Positions 1 through 10,644 of a DNA stretch of 64,000 bases are shown piece by piece. The notes beneath the pieces were generated by a model that was not told the origin of the DNA, did no database searches, and saw nothing but the letters and a program-made list of their open reading frames with translations. The stretch covers positions 325,078 through 389,077 of the forward strand of contig JAJCZJ010000020.1 in the NCBI GenBank assembly GCA_029262455.1. The letters run 5' to 3'. The stretch's first letter is position 1; each line of letters opens with the position of its first letter. Position numbers and translations under genes: made by a program. Source of the DNA: Deltaproteobacteria bacterium (GTDB lineage Bacteria > Desulfobacterota > Binatia > HRBIN30 > CADEER01).

Positions 1-3000
1 GTCAGATTCCAGAGTGAGAAACGTGACTGTGTCGCGCCCGACTCGATACGGGACTCGCGGATCACATGCCTCAAAGCGGCAAGGTACGATGGCCTGGCCA
101 CTTGGGACAACCTGGCGGGCCTCAAGGTCATACACGTACAGGACGTCGTCCTCGACGTCTCCGTCATCGTTTAGAGGCTTTCCGCCCTGAGAGGCCTCGC
201 TGACTCGATAAGCGAGCAAGGTGGGTGCACAACGATCTTCGTCTCCGCAGTCAGCCTCGGAAGCGCAGGGGCAGCCCGTCGCCCAACAGAACTTTGGACC
301 GAAGACGAAATCCTCGACTGCGAATCCCCCGCCAATGCTCAAGGGGGCATCGCGTTCCGCGTCATAGAGCTGCAGAACCCGATCCTCGACGTCATCGTCC
401 CCATTCAGGTCTTCAGAGCTGGTCTCGGACCGCTCTTCGGCGATGAACGCAACGAACGGCCCCGACGCTTCAATCACGTCGGCTCTCATTTCGACATTGA
501 CCCACGACTCCGGCGCAAGCATCGCCTCGACACCGTGAACACGAACAAAACCATCGCCATCGATCACAGCGATCCACTCAGAAGACATGGATACGTCGGT
601 CGCGATCAATTCCAAACTGACGTCCTCGCCGCCGACAAATCGATGCACCACACCACCATTGAAACTCCCGGTTGCCTCCAAATTCGCCACCGACCCAGCA
701 GGTCCTTCGGGAACCAGATAGCTCGCTCCGCCATTCGCCACCGACACAATCCCAGCAGGACCCAGGATCCGAGTCTCATGGTTACCCGTATCCACTACGT
801 AGAGAACCGTGTCGTTGAAGTCTCCATCCCCCGAATGGTCTACATCACTGCCCTGGATCTGATCACAGCCATGCACAAACACCTGAACAGACTCGTCGCC
901 GTCCGGGCCTAAAACCGCCTGCACTTTAGATTCGAAGACGACAAAATCGCCATCTGCGGAAATCGTCGGAGTAATATGATCAGTCGATCCCAGCACATCG
1001 GCGAACGAAAAAGAGCTGGTCTTGCTAACGAGGGCTGTCATGCCGGTCAACGAATCGTGAATGAACACACCGCCGACGCCTGGGGAATCAGACGGCAGCA
1101 AGGCCGTTGAATTGGTCTCGAAGACTACGAATCGACCATCAGCAGAAATCGACGGCCGATCACTCAATCCGCTCGCTTGCTCACCGCCGGAACCAACAGA
1201 CACACGGCGCGTTACGCCCTCCCCCCGATCTCGAACGAAAACGTCGAAGTCGTTGTTCGTGTCCCCGGCAACGTGCAAAGACCCGTGATCTGCGAACGCA
1301 ACAAATCGCCCATCGCGAGATAGGACGGGAAAGATCCCGCCCGTCGGAACCCGCCGGCCTGACGGGTCAAGCGTTAATCTCTCGTTGGCAGCCGTCCGAT
1401 CATTGAACTCACCGTCGCCATCCGGGTCCCTTTCACGCACATAGAGGGCAAGCCCATTACCAGAGTTTGGACCGCTAGTATCGTTGGGGGTCATGAGCTC
1501 ATCAACAGCCTGAAACACCGCCACCTTCCCGTCTGCCGAGAGTGCGGGTGGGCGAACCGCGGATCTTGTCACCTCGAAGTTCTGGTCCCGGTTGAGGATC
1601 TCACTCGCATCGACATCGTAGTTCCAAACACGCGCATTTTTGAGCGTGCCAAACGCTACAGACCGACCATCGCTCGAAACAAACGAAAGCCCATCAGACA
1701 CGCGGGTACTACCAAATTGCTCTCCGTTTTCATCGACGCTGACCAGCTCCGTATAGACAGAGTCGGGCTCGTCGAATATTCCATCGCCGTCAAAATCTCG
1801 GTCATGAAGAAAGACGTCCCAGCCACACGCGCCCTCACGCGTGTCCCAGTCGACAGAGCACTCGTTCCGGCAGTCCTCGTCAAGACAGAGAGCTACACAC
1901 TTTTCGAAAACTTGACAAGAATTCTCCGCACAGTTGACATCGCCGACAGCGAGATTCGAAGCGAGGCTTTGAAAGACAACGAACCTCCCGGTTTCGGAGA
2001 GCACCGGATCCACACTGAAACAGTTTGCTGGCTCGCGATTCAACCCTCGATTGATCAAGATATTCGCTACATCGCCTGCTTCATCAAAAGTACCATCGCC
2101 GCCAACGTCACGATCACGGACGAAAACACCGCCCCAAAAAGGCGTCTCAACGTCAGCCGCAATCGCCTCGCTGAGCGAAACGAACGCAACATATCTCCCG
2201 TTCGCCGAAATCGAAGGAAGCCCCGCACCCCCGGTGGGATTGAGATCCGGGTCAGTGCTCACGATATGCACGTCGTCGCTCCGACATGCCGCCCGTTCGC
2301 TCGTGCGTACGAAAACCCGCCCCTCCGATACCACGACGCTTCTGCCGTCTACGATTGGAGCAGCATCGACAGCGATAGACTTCGAGAGGTCCACCGAATT
2401 TCCCCCGATCTCGTAAACACGAAGAATCGAGTCAAACTCATCGCCGTCCTGGTTCTTGTCCCTATTCCCTGGTGCCCCCTGAGCAGGTTCGGATTCGAGA
2501 ATCGCGAGAACACCTCCGTCAGTTGCAAGTGCCGGCAAACGAAATGGCCCCTGGGAGACACGCACCACCGCACGACCGCTTTCAGCCTCCTCGCCCAATG
2601 CCTGCACCTCCCCCGTGCTGCGGTCGAATAGGAGAACAACATCATCGTCGGCGTCCTCATCACCGTTCACATCGCGACCGTCAACTCCCTCATCCAGCAC
2701 AACAACCAAGGCTTCGTCACTCAGTGTCAGCCCATCAATCGCGACCGGAAACCCCGCTGTCATCTGGAAGCCAACACAACGACTCCCCGCGCACTGGGCG
2801 TCACTGGTGCAAGGGGCCCCCGAGGCCACACCGGCCTGACAGATACCCTGCTCGAGTCCTGCCGATCCTGAGGTCGCCAGGTCGCCAGTGTCCTGTTCGA
2901 GCAACCGCCGGACCAGAATCGGCCCAAACCCCAAGTGATAACGCGAGGCGAAGTCAAATATTGGGTCGCACTCGTCGCCAGCACACCCTGGAGCGCGACG

Positions 3001-4053
3001 CAGGATGCGGAGCACGGTGCGCGCCGCGTCGACAGTGCCGAAGACGATCGATGCGTCCGACACGCTGCCGTCGGTCCGAGGGTCGAAAACGGGCGGGAGT
3101 AGAGACCCTTCTGGCGACAAGGACTGCAGGAAGTCATTGCTGGGGATTCGGATCGGCGCTGGGTCATCGGGAAACGCCGGGATCGCCAACGCCCCACTCA
3201 GGAGACGCCCGGCCCGTAACAATGGCGACGGCAATACGCCACTCCAGTCCATCGACAATAGGAGATTCCCTTCAGCGTCGGTTGTCATACGAAGCTGCGA
3301 GGCCCCGGGGGCGCAGGGCGGAACAGGATCAAAGCAAAGAGCCTGGAAGTTATTTTCGGGCGGGAGCGCAGTGAAGGATCCAAAGAGCTCGTGTGGCGAG
3401 TCGTCGCAGCTACCATTCGCGGCAAACAGCGAATCGATACACGCCAATCCCTGCGGCGCGGCGGTACAGTCAGCCGTCGCCGCGGCACAAGGCAAAGGAC
3501 TATTGGCAAGACTGACCACAATGCGTGCTGGACCTGCCAGAGTGAGATCGTCAGTGTCGGTACCCACCAGCTCATCCGTATCTGGGAAGACAAACCGAAG
3601 CTTCTTGTCGCCCTCAAGGCTGATCGACGGCACTGCCGCTCCCGGGTCAATCTCGACGCACGAAGTCCCACCAGTCAGGGCCATACACTGCGCGAGCTGC
3701 GGTCGGAGGGAGCTGCAATCGGTAGCCAACGTAACCGCACTAGGCGGCCCACCTGGCGGGATAAAGAAGACCGTAACAACAAGATCTTCGACCAGATCCC
3801 CAAAGGTCGGCACATCCCCATCACACAATGGGCTCAACGTGACTTCGACAACATCGCCAGGGCCAGCGTGCGGACGATCCAGGCTCCCGACTGAGCCGCG
3901 GAGATTCTTCGACACACCCGGAATCACGTTACACGCCGCACCCGCATCCCGAGGCGCCATCAACAACACAGTCACGATCAGCAACGGAACGAAACAGCGG
4001 TACGAGTCGAGATCGGTACGATTCGTGACGAGACTTGCAGCAAACTGAAACAT
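1..4053 (-). CDS. Large secreted repeat protein with PD40/TolB-like beta-propeller repeats and Cys-rich modules; ATG at 4051-4053, 3' end lies beyond window position 1 (partial)
   Basis: Manual translation of the minus strand from the ATG (plus-strand 'cat' at 4051-4053) gives an open frame to the window edge. It begins MFQFAASLVTNRTDLDSYRCFVPLLIVTVLLMAPRDAGAAC (signal peptide). Recurrent motifs SISADGRFVVFES / SISANGRYVAFVS / LSADGKVAVFQA / ISADGDFVVFES match PD40/WD40-like TolB propeller repeats, with many DxDGDG segments. It is absent from the ORF track because no stop occurs inside the window. The overlapping plus-strand ORFs give Arg-rich nonsense. Confidence 0.6.
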   Translation of the reverse strand, partial: MFQFAASLVTNRTDLDSYRCFVPLLIVTVLLMAPRDAGAACNVIPGVSKNLRGSVGSLDRPHAGPGDVVEVTLSPLCDGDVPTFGDLVEDLVVTVFFIPPGGPPSAVTLATDCSSLRPQLAQCMALTGGTSCVEIDPGAAVPSISLEGDKKLRFVFPDTDELVGTDTDDLTLAGPARIVVSLANSPLPCAAATADCTAAPQGLACIDSLFAANGSCDDSPHELFGSFTALPPENNFQALCFDPVPPCAPGASQLRMTTDAEGNLLLSMDWSGVLPSPLLRAGRLLSGALAIPAFPDDPAPIRIPSNDFLQSLSPEGSLLPPVFDPRTDGSVSDASIVFGTVDAARTVLRILRRAPGCAGDECDPIFDFASRYHLGFGPILVRRLLEQDTGDLATSGSAGLEQGICQAGVASGAPCTSDAQCAGSRCVGFQMTAGFPVAIDGLTLSDEALVVVLDEGVDGRDVNGDEDADDDVVLLFDRSTGEVQALGEEAESGRAVVRVSQGPFRLPALATDGGVLAILESEPAQGAPGNRDKNQDGDEFDSILRVYEIGGNSVDLSKSIAVDAAPIVDGRSVVVSEGRVFVRTSERAACRSDDVHIVSTDPDLNPTGGAGLPSISANGRYVAFVSLSEAIAADVETPFWGGVFVRDRDVGGDGTFDEAGDVANILINRGLNREPANCFSVDPVLSETGRFVVFQSLASNLAVGDVNCAENSCQVFEKCVALCLDEDCRNECSVDWDTREGACGWDVFLHDRDFDGDGIFDEPDSVYTELVSVDENGEQFGSTRVSDGLSFVSSDGRSVAFGTLKNARVWNYDVDASEILNRDQNFEVTRSAVRPPALSADGKVAVFQAVDELMTPNDTSGPNSGNGLALYVRERDPDGDGEFNDRTAANERLTLDPSGRRVPTGGIFPVLSRDGRFVAFADHGSLHVAGDTNNDFDVFVRDRGEGVTRRVSVGSGGEQASGLSDRPSISADGRFVVFETNSTALLPSDSPGVGGVFIHDSLTGMTALVSKTSSFSFADVLGSTDHITPTISADGDFVVFESKVQAVLGPDGDESVQVFVHGCDQIQGSDVDHSGDGDFNDTVLYVVDTGNHETRILGPAGIVSVANGGASYLVPEGPAGSVANLEATGSFNGGVVHRFVGGEDVSLELIATDVSMSSEWIAVIDGDGFVRVHGVEAMLAPESWVNVEMRADVIEASGPFVAFIAEERSETSSEDLNGDDDVEDRVLQLYDAERDAPLSIGGGFAVEDFVFGPKFCWATGCPCASEADCGDEDRCAPTLLAYRVSEASQGGKPLNDDGDVEDDVLYVYDLEARQVVPSGQAIVPCRFEACDPRVPYRVGRDTVTFLTLESD

Positions 4054-4377
4054 TCCCACCCCCGTCGTGCGTCTAGTCTAACAGATAGTACTCGTTCTCT
4101 ACTGAGCAATTCCCGCGCCACCCCGAAGACCCGCTTAGCACTAAAGCTCACTTCGACCGGAGTGGGCAAACGTCTTCTCACTCGATCCGCCGACGAGCAG
4201 ATTGCTACCCGGTGCCATCCGCCCGGCATCGCCCAGGCCGAGCTGAGTGAGGGCGGCACGAAACTTGACCTCCCTCCAAGCCATGACTCGACACAGCTTC
4301 GGTTCGATCGAAAAGGCTTACGAAACGATCGGCCCCCGAGAGCTCAATCAGGGAAGGGAACGCTCGGCGAGCGGCCC

Positions 4378-4388
4378 AAGGAGAGGAG
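4378..4388 (+). promoter_or_regulatory. Ribosome-binding site (aaggagaggag) 5 nt upstream of ATG 4394
   Basis: Strong Shine-Dalgarno-like purine run read directly from the sequence; the spacing is appropriate. Confidence 0.5.
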
Positions 4389-4393
4389 CACCA

Positions 4394-5590
4394 ATGACAA
4401 ATCTTGTTCAAGGACTCGTAAACGATCAGCGATCACGGATAGCCAAAATCGAACATGCCTCGGCGCCGAGGCATCGGACCAACCGGGCCAGCCGGTACGT
4501 CCTAGCCGCGTACGCCGCCCTCGCGATCGGCTTGGCTGGCACTTCCATCGCCTACGCCGAGTGCACAACTCGGATCGAAGGCAACAACTTCATCATTGAG
4601 GGGTGCAACGTTCACGTCCGGGATGGCAGCGGCGGTACCGACTGCGACACTTTGGCCGGCTGCAGCGGTCTCGGCAACATCGTACTCGGCTACAATGAAG
4701 ACACCGGGGACCCAAGCCCCAGAGGCGGCCAGCACAACTTGGTGGTCGGCCCTGACCACAGCTACACGAGCTCGGGAGGCTTGGTTGCCGGCCGGTCGAA
4801 CACTGTGAGTGGTGCAAACTCTTCGGTGTTTGGCGGCGGCGGGAATGTCGCTAGCGGCCTTGCTTCGTCGATCACTGGGGGAGGACTAAACATCGCAAAC
4901 GGCTGGGCCGTCACTGTCGGCGGCGGAATCAGGAATAAAGCCACCGGACCGTTCTCGACAGTTGCCGGCGGGTCCGACAATTGGACCCCCGGTCTCTTCA
5001 GCTCGGCCACGGGAGGCTTCGGAAACACAGCAGCCGGAGACCGGTCAGCAGTCACAGGCGGGTCCGAAAACACCGCGTCAGGATTCGCTTCAAGTGTCGT
5101 CGCTGGAATCGACAACGCAGCCACCGGAGCTGGTGCTTCGGTGGTCGGCGGTCGGACGAACATCGCTAGCGGCAACGGCAGCACGGTCTCGGGCGGCGAG
5201 AACAACACCGCGCAGGGCATCTCTTCCTCTGTGTCCGGTGGTGGCGACTCAGATCCAGCCAACGGGAACATAGCGTCTGGCGACTATGCGTCGGTATCCG
5301 GCGGAGGAAAGAACCAAGCAAGCGGCCCGTACGCTGCCGTCAGCGGCGGCGCAAACAACAATGCTAGCGCGGAACTGTCGAGCATCAACGGCGGCGCCGG
5401 CAACATCGCGAGCGGACAGTCCGCGACGGTCAGCGGTGGCGTTTCGAACGAGGCGTCGGGTTTGGAGTCGGTCATCAGCGGCGGCGTCCAGAATACGGCC
5501 GACGACATCGGTTCGACAGTAAGCGGCGGCGATCAACTGACGACGACGAGCCTCTTCGATCATCAGCCAGCTTGCAGCTGCGGGCCTTGA
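4394..5590 (+). CDS. Membrane-anchored/secreted Gly-Ser-Asn-rich repeat protein, Hep_Hag/YadA-head-like 14-residue repeats
   Basis: Frame of ORF 4247..5590; the internal Met preceded by a Shine-Dalgarno sequence is the likely start. The N-terminus has a hydrophobic anchor (YVLAAYAALAIGLAGTSIAYA). The remainder is a periodic x-S-x-V-S-G-G-x-x-N-x-A-S-G repeat (e.g. SAVTGGSENTASGFASSVVAGIDNAATGAGASVVGG), typical of beta-roll/YadA-head repeats. Confidence 0.45.
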   Translation: MTNLVQGLVNDQRSRIAKIEHASAPRHRTNRASRYVLAAYAALAIGLAGTSIAYAECTTRIEGNNFIIEGCNVHVRDGSGGTDCDTLAGCSGLGNIVLGYNEDTGDPSPRGGQHNLVVGPDHSYTSSGGLVAGRSNTVSGANSSVFGGGGNVASGLASSITGGGLNIANGWAVTVGGGIRNKATGPFSTVAGGSDNWTPGLFSSATGGFGNTAAGDRSAVTGGSENTASGFASSVVAGIDNAATGAGASVVGGRTNIASGNGSTVSGGENNTAQGISSSVSGGGDSDPANGNIASGDYASVSGGGKNQASGPYAAVSGGANNNASAELSSINGGAGNIASGQSATVSGGVSNEASGLESVISGGVQNTADDIGSTVSGGDQLTTTSLFDHQPACSCGP

Positions 5591-5680
5591 TTCGGGCTCC
5601 GTCCACACTCCGAAGCACTGTCTTGCAGCCGTCGAGCCCATTCCGTGGCCAGCAAGTTCAGTACACATCGCGCACCTATC

Positions 5681-5687
5681 GGGAGGA
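5681..5687 (+). promoter_or_regulatory. Ribosome-binding site (gggagga) upstream of ATG 5693
   Basis: gggaggaagacaATG read directly from the sequence. Confidence 0.45.
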
Positions 5688-5692
5688 AGACA

Positions 5693-7879
5693 ATGAAACA
5701 GCGAACAAAACACGTCCGCAAACCCGCGACCTCAAAATCGATGGTGATCATCGTATCGGTCGCACTCTCGTTGTCGCTACACGTCGCGACGGCCGACGCA
5801 GCTGTCTGTAACGCTGCGGATCTCTGCAGCCCAGGTCTGACCCTCTGCACGATCAACGGCACACACGAAATCGGCGACTTCTGCGAGCTCGATTTTCGCG
5901 GTCTGGCCGTTGCCAAGGTCGTACTGAACGGAACGCTGCAATCCGAAATCCCTGGTGGAGGTTTCGACATTCTCTCCAACGAGTTCACCCTGAACGGGAC
6001 GATCGCTGCATCTGGATCGATCGACGACACCGGCGGATCTATTTGGATCAACGCCGCGGGCGATTTCATACTCGCCAGCGGAAGGATCAATGTCTCCGGC
6101 CCGTCAGGCGCCGGAGACATTGACATCACCGCGACCGGGTCTGTCGACCTCCTGTCCGGCAGCGGCGCTGGGTTGCGCGCCGAGGGAACTACGCGAGAGG
6201 CTGACGGCGGAGCCGTCGCGATTGATGCCACGGGCCCCCTGCGCATTCATCGCAAGATCGCTACCTCCGGCGGCAACGACTCGAGCGGCGGCGACATCAA
6301 TCTCCGCGGCGCCACGATTGATATCGACGCTGAGCTCGATGTCCGCGCAAACTCCTCCGGATTGATCGAAGTGCTGGCAACTGGCGACCTGGAGATCGGC
6401 CCTAGCGGTCGCCTGCTGACGAAGGCCGTGCCCTTCGAGGACTCGGCGTCGTCCGCCGGAGATGTCGACCTCTTCTCTTTCGAAGGTAGCATCCTCATCG
6501 ACGGACAGATCGATGTCGACGGCGCCGCCGACACCGACGGCGCCGTCGTTTACCTCGACGCCGAGACCGACCTCACAGTGAACGGCGAGATTTTCGCAAG
6601 AGGAGGCAGCCTCTCAGCGAGTGGCGGTAGTATCGAAGCCTTCGCTAAGGGCGATCTGTCACTCTCCGGAAAGCTGTCGGTCGACGGCAACGGCGGCGAG
6701 AACGACGCCGGAGCCATCTCGATCGATGTCGACGGAGTTGCGCAAGTCACGGGTGAAGTGTCGGCAAACGGCGGTGCTCTATTCGGAAGCGGCGGATACA
6801 TCGACATCTTCGCAGACCAACTAAGCGTTCAGTCGCCAAGTAGTCTCCAAGTCAACGGTGGCGGCGGCGGCGGCTCTATCTTCGCAGAATCCCGCGCCGG
6901 CGACGCGATAGTCGGCGGTACTATGAAAGCAAACGGAACGGGAGGTAGCTTTGCCGGCGACATCGAGGTCCAAGCTCGCTGCCTGGTCGAAATCGGCGGA
7001 ACTGTAGAGGCCAAAGGAGAACCCGACGGTGCGATAACCCTCCAAGGCGAACAGATCTCAATTCTCTCCAACGCCAAGTTGATGGCAGCCTGCGGTCCCG
7101 CCGCTGACTGTATCCTCTTCCGAATCCGCCAAGTTTCTCCGACGAATCCAGACGTTCATCCACAGGCCATGGTCGATCCTCCTCCAACCGTCCAAGAGAT
7201 CCCCACGCTTCCAGCCTGTATCCCGCCAACACCGACACCAACCAGCACGCCGACAGCGACGCCCACCGCGACGCCGACCGCGACCGCAACCCCGACGGCG
7301 ACAGAATTACCCAGCGCAACCGCGACACCGACCCTAAGCACTCTGTGCGATACGGAGCCTAGGGACGATTGCGCCGAAGCGACGAGATCGTCCCTGTTGA
7401 TAAGGACGGACGCCGATCCAGAGCGCCAGAAGCTCATTTGGAAATGGTTGGGCGACGACCCCAACGGTTCTTTTTCGTTCGGCGCTCCCGACTCCATGAC
7501 GCGGTACCAATTCTGTGTGTACGAACAAATCGACCTCTTCGCGGCGCTTGAAATACCTCCCGCAACGACTTGCGGAACGAAACCGTGCTGGAAGCGCCTC
7601 GGGCCTACCTCCGAGCCACGGGGCTTTCGCTACAAAGATACCGATCTATCTTCAGACGGAATTCGCGTCCTACTCCTCAAAGCCAGCCAGGCAGGGACAA
7701 CGAAAGCAAAGGTCCTAGCAAAGGACGAAAACCTTCCATTCCCGTCTGCACTGGCGCTGGCACCTGAGGTCACGGTACAACTCGTCAACGATCTGGCCGC
7801 TAGTCCCTGCTGGTCGACGACGTATCAAGAAGAAGATGTGGTTCGGAACGACGACTCGCAGTTCAAAGCAAAACGTTGA
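5693..7879 (+). CDS. Secreted parallel beta-helix-like repeat protein with Pro/Thr-rich linker and C-terminal Cys-containing domain
   Basis: Signal peptide MKQRTKHVRKPATSKSMVIIVSVALSLSLHVATADA. Long run of G/D/S/I-rich pseudo-repeats (DIDITATGSVDLLSGSGAG..., IDIDAELDVRANSSG..). PT-linker PTPTPTSTPTATPTATPTATATPTATELPSATATPT. Start refined from ORF 5645..7879. Confidence 0.5.
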   Translation: MKQRTKHVRKPATSKSMVIIVSVALSLSLHVATADAAVCNAADLCSPGLTLCTINGTHEIGDFCELDFRGLAVAKVVLNGTLQSEIPGGGFDILSNEFTLNGTIAASGSIDDTGGSIWINAAGDFILASGRINVSGPSGAGDIDITATGSVDLLSGSGAGLRAEGTTREADGGAVAIDATGPLRIHRKIATSGGNDSSGGDINLRGATIDIDAELDVRANSSGLIEVLATGDLEIGPSGRLLTKAVPFEDSASSAGDVDLFSFEGSILIDGQIDVDGAADTDGAVVYLDAETDLTVNGEIFARGGSLSASGGSIEAFAKGDLSLSGKLSVDGNGGENDAGAISIDVDGVAQVTGEVSANGGALFGSGGYIDIFADQLSVQSPSSLQVNGGGGGGSIFAESRAGDAIVGGTMKANGTGGSFAGDIEVQARCLVEIGGTVEAKGEPDGAITLQGEQISILSNAKLMAACGPAADCILFRIRQVSPTNPDVHPQAMVDPPPTVQEIPTLPACIPPTPTPTSTPTATPTATPTATATPTATELPSATATPTLSTLCDTEPRDDCAEATRSSLLIRTDADPERQKLIWKWLGDDPNGSFSFGAPDSMTRYQFCVYEQIDLFAALEIPPATTCGTKPCWKRLGPTSEPRGFRYKDTDLSSDGIRVLLLKASQAGTTKAKVLAKDENLPFPSALALAPEVTVQLVNDLAASPCWSTTYQEEDVVRNDDSQFKAKR

Positions 7880-9401
7880 TGCGCGCGGCGGAACCGCCAC
7901 TGGAGCACAGGCCATCTGCCTCCTGGTCGGTTCCGTCGTTGCCTATTCGACGACATTCGCACCCTGGAACGCTTCCGCACTGTCATGGATCGCCCTGACT
8001 CCCCTATTCTGGATCCTACAAAGCCAGACACCGGCCCAAGGCGCTCTCATTGGCCTGGCCTGGGGGACGGGCGCCATTTGGGGTGTCGGCTACTGGGTCC
8101 CTTCAGCCCTCGCGCATTACTACCAGCAGCCTCTGTGGTTCGGTTACCTGTTCGCCATCGGCGCGTCGCTTATCTTCGCGGGATCTTACACCGCTGGGTT
8201 CGCCGCCTGCGCGGCGTACGTCAGCTCGAAGCGATCGGGTTTGGCTAGAATCTTGACGGTCACTTGCCTGTGGGTCGCATGGGAACTAGCGCGAGCGCGT
8301 CTACTGACCGGCGACCCCTGGCTGCTCAGCGGATACGGCATCCTCACCTACAATCATCTGGCACAGACCGCAGACATCGGCGGTGTTTACATGCTTTCGT
8401 TCCTAATCGCACTGGTCAACGCAACCATGGCCGAGGTGATCGCGACCCGACCACTACAAAGAATTGTACCGCTTGCATTGATGACCGCCTGCATTCTGGT
8501 CGTCGCCAATGGTTACGGCTCTTTTCGGCTTCATCAACCTTTCCCATCTGAACCCGAGCTTGCCATCGCGGTCGTCCAGGGAAACAACGACGTCGGTTCC
8601 CAGTGGGAGTCCAAACATTACGGCCAAGGCTTGCGCACCTATCTTCAGCTCAGCACTGACGCTGCCGACAGCAAGCCCCGCTTGCTCGTATGGCCTGAAA
8701 ACGCGGTCACATTCTTTCTTGCGCACGAACCGACTTATCGATCGATAATCGGCAGAACCCTAAGTAGTCTCAACGCGGACCTGATCATCGGGACACCACA
8801 CTTCGAATCGGAAGATCCCGCACGACCGATCTATTTCAATTCAGCTTTCTACCTCTCAAAGAACGGCGAGATTCGCGACCGCTACGACAAAGTGCACCTG
8901 TTGCCCTTCGCAGAATATTTCCCACTCCACGCGATCGGGCTGTTGCGAAGAAACTTCGCGCGCGTCCGGTCGTTCGAAGAGGGGCGGGAGACCCGTCCCC
9001 TCGATACACAGTTCGGCCCAATCGCCACCTTGATCTGTTTCGAGGGCATCTTTCCTGAACTCGCACGCAGTCAGATGAACCAGGGAGCTTCCCTCCTTGT
9101 CAACCTATCAAACGACGCTTGGCTCGGCTCCACCATCGGTGCCGAACAGCACCTCTCGATGGTCGCTCTACGCGCCATCGAGAACCGTACATGGGTCATA
9201 CGCGCAACGACGACCGGCATCTCAGCGATCGTCGCCCCCGACGGACGCGTGGTGGCCCGAACAAACTCCCTCGAGAAAGCCTTGCTCCAGAAAACGGTAA
9301 TCCCGATGCAGATTTCGACTTTCTACAAACGGTGGGGCGATCTGTTCGCTTACGCGTGCTTGACATTCGCCGTCATCGGCACGGCAACTCGCCGCCACTG
9401 A
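7836..9401 (+). CDS. lnt: Apolipoprotein N-acyltransferase
   Basis: 521 aa. N-terminal multi-TM region followed by a CN-hydrolase domain with the Lnt catalytic motifs LVWPENAV (Glu), YDKVHLLPFAEYFP (Lys) and LICFEGIFPE (Cys). It overlaps the 3' end of the upstream gene by about 44 nt, so the true start may be a downstream non-ATG codon. Confidence 0.75.
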   Translation: MWFGTTTRSSKQNVDARGGTATGAQAICLLVGSVVAYSTTFAPWNASALSWIALTPLFWILQSQTPAQGALIGLAWGTGAIWGVGYWVPSALAHYYQQPLWFGYLFAIGASLIFAGSYTAGFAACAAYVSSKRSGLARILTVTCLWVAWELARARLLTGDPWLLSGYGILTYNHLAQTADIGGVYMLSFLIALVNATMAEVIATRPLQRIVPLALMTACILVVANGYGSFRLHQPFPSEPELAIAVVQGNNDVGSQWESKHYGQGLRTYLQLSTDAADSKPRLLVWPENAVTFFLAHEPTYRSIIGRTLSSLNADLIIGTPHFESEDPARPIYFNSAFYLSKNGEIRDRYDKVHLLPFAEYFPLHAIGLLRRNFARVRSFEEGRETRPLDTQFGPIATLICFEGIFPELARSQMNQGASLLVNLSNDAWLGSTIGAEQHLSMVALRAIENRTWVIRATTTGISAIVAPDGRVVARTNSLEKALLQKTVIPMQISTFYKRWGDLFAYACLTFAVIGTATRRH

Positions 9402-9573
9402 ACTCGGGCTGTGATCTGGGGAAGCGATAGCGCATTCCGACACCATCTCGGGTACAACTGCCATGTCCAAAGCTACCGACAAGCCTGTATTGAAAACGAA
9501 GCGAGAAATTGTAGGCTCCTGAATGTCTCTGGGCCCGACGCGACTTTTCGCCGAAAACTGCCCAGCACTCTTT

Positions 9574-9579
9574 AAGGAG
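9574..9579 (+). promoter_or_regulatory. Ribosome-binding site (aaggag) 8 nt upstream of ATG 9588
   Basis: Read directly from the sequence. Confidence 0.5.
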
Positions 9580-9587
9580 CGGTTCTC

Positions 9588-10637
9588 ATGCGCAGCGCCA
9601 AAGACTTCTTCAAACCCCTAGCGATCGGTGCCCCGGAGCCACTTCGCGAAGTTCCGTTCCGGCCTTCGCGCATGATCCATTTTTTCGATCCGAGCAATCC
9701 GAAGATGGCGGCGAAGGTGCCGGACATCGCGAAACGCTGCGATGTCGTCCTCGGCAATCTCGAGGATGCTGTCGCCGCCGACCGCAAGATTGCCGCGCGC
9801 GAGGGGCTGGTCAAGATCGGCCGCGACACCGATTTCGGCAATGCGCAGCTGTGGACACGCATCAACAGCTTGGACTCACCTTGGGCGCTGGACGATCTCA
9901 CCCAACTCATCTCTGAAATTGGCGACAAGTTGGACGTGATCATGATCCCCAAAGTCGAAGGCGATTGGGACATTCACTACGCCGACCGCCTGGTCGCCCA
10001 ACTCGAGGCCCGTGCCGGACTCAAGAAGCCTCTGCTCTTCCATGCAATTCTCGAAACGGCCACCGGCGTCAGCAACGTCGAAGAGATTTGTGGCGCTAGC
10101 CCGCGCATGCAAGGGCTCTCGCTCGGACCGGCTGACCTCGCCGCGTCGCGGCGAATGAAAACGACACGGGTCGGCGGCGGGCACCCAGGATATATCGTCC
10201 GCACCGATCCCGACCCGGCCAACGAAGACGCGCCCCGCCCTACCGCGCAACAAGATCTTTGGCACTACACCTTGGCGCGCATGGTCGACGCCTGTAACGC
10301 ACACGGCATCCTGCCGTACTACGGACCGTTCGGCGACATCAAAGACACCCTCGCTTGCGAGGACCAGTTCCGAAACGCCTTCCTCCTGGGATGTGTCGGG
10401 GCGTGGAGTTTGCACCCGGTTCAGATCGACATCGCCAAGAAAGTCTTCTCTCCCCCCGCCGAGGAAGTGCTGTGGGCCAAGCGGGTCATCGCCGAGATGG
10501 GTGACGGCACCGGCGCCGTCATGATCGACGGCAAGATGCAGGACGACGCCACGTTCAAGCAGTGCGTCGTCATGGTCGACCTGGCCGAAAAGCTCGCCGC
10601 CAACGACGACGATCTCAAGAAGGCTTACGAACTCTAG
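9588..10637 (+). CDS. HpcH/HpaI aldolase / citrate lyase beta-subunit (CitE) family protein, possibly malyl-CoA lyase-like
   Basis: 349 aa with a TIM-barrel CitE-like pattern ([12 protein letters not shown]..., [17 protein letters not shown]). Family-level call from motif recollection. Confidence 0.55.
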   Translation: MRSAKDFFKPLAIGAPEPLREVPFRPSRMIHFFDPSNPKMAAKVPDIAKRCDVVLGNLEDAVAADRKIAAREGLVKIGRDTDFGNAQLWTRINSLDSPWALDDLTQLISEIGDKLDVIMIPKVEGDWDIHYADRLVAQLEARAGLKKPLLFHAILETATGVSNVEEICGASPRMQGLSLGPADLAASRRMKTTRVGGGHPGYIVRTDPDPANEDAPRPTAQQDLWHYTLARMVDACNAHGILPYYGPFGDIKDTLACEDQFRNAFLLGCVGAWSLHPVQIDIAKKVFSPPAEEVLWAKRVIAEMGDGTGAVMIDGKMQDDATFKQCVVMVDLAEKLAANDDDLKKAYEL

Positions 10638-10644
10638 TCGTCGC

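Noticed and set aside
535-4048. Plus-strand ORFs 535..912, 1717..2631, 2472..3374, 3005..4048 and 3391..3894
   Set aside because: They are antisense to the long minus-strand secreted-protein CDS (1..4053). Their translations are Arg/Pro-rich low-complexity, typical of high-GC antisense frames, with no motifs.
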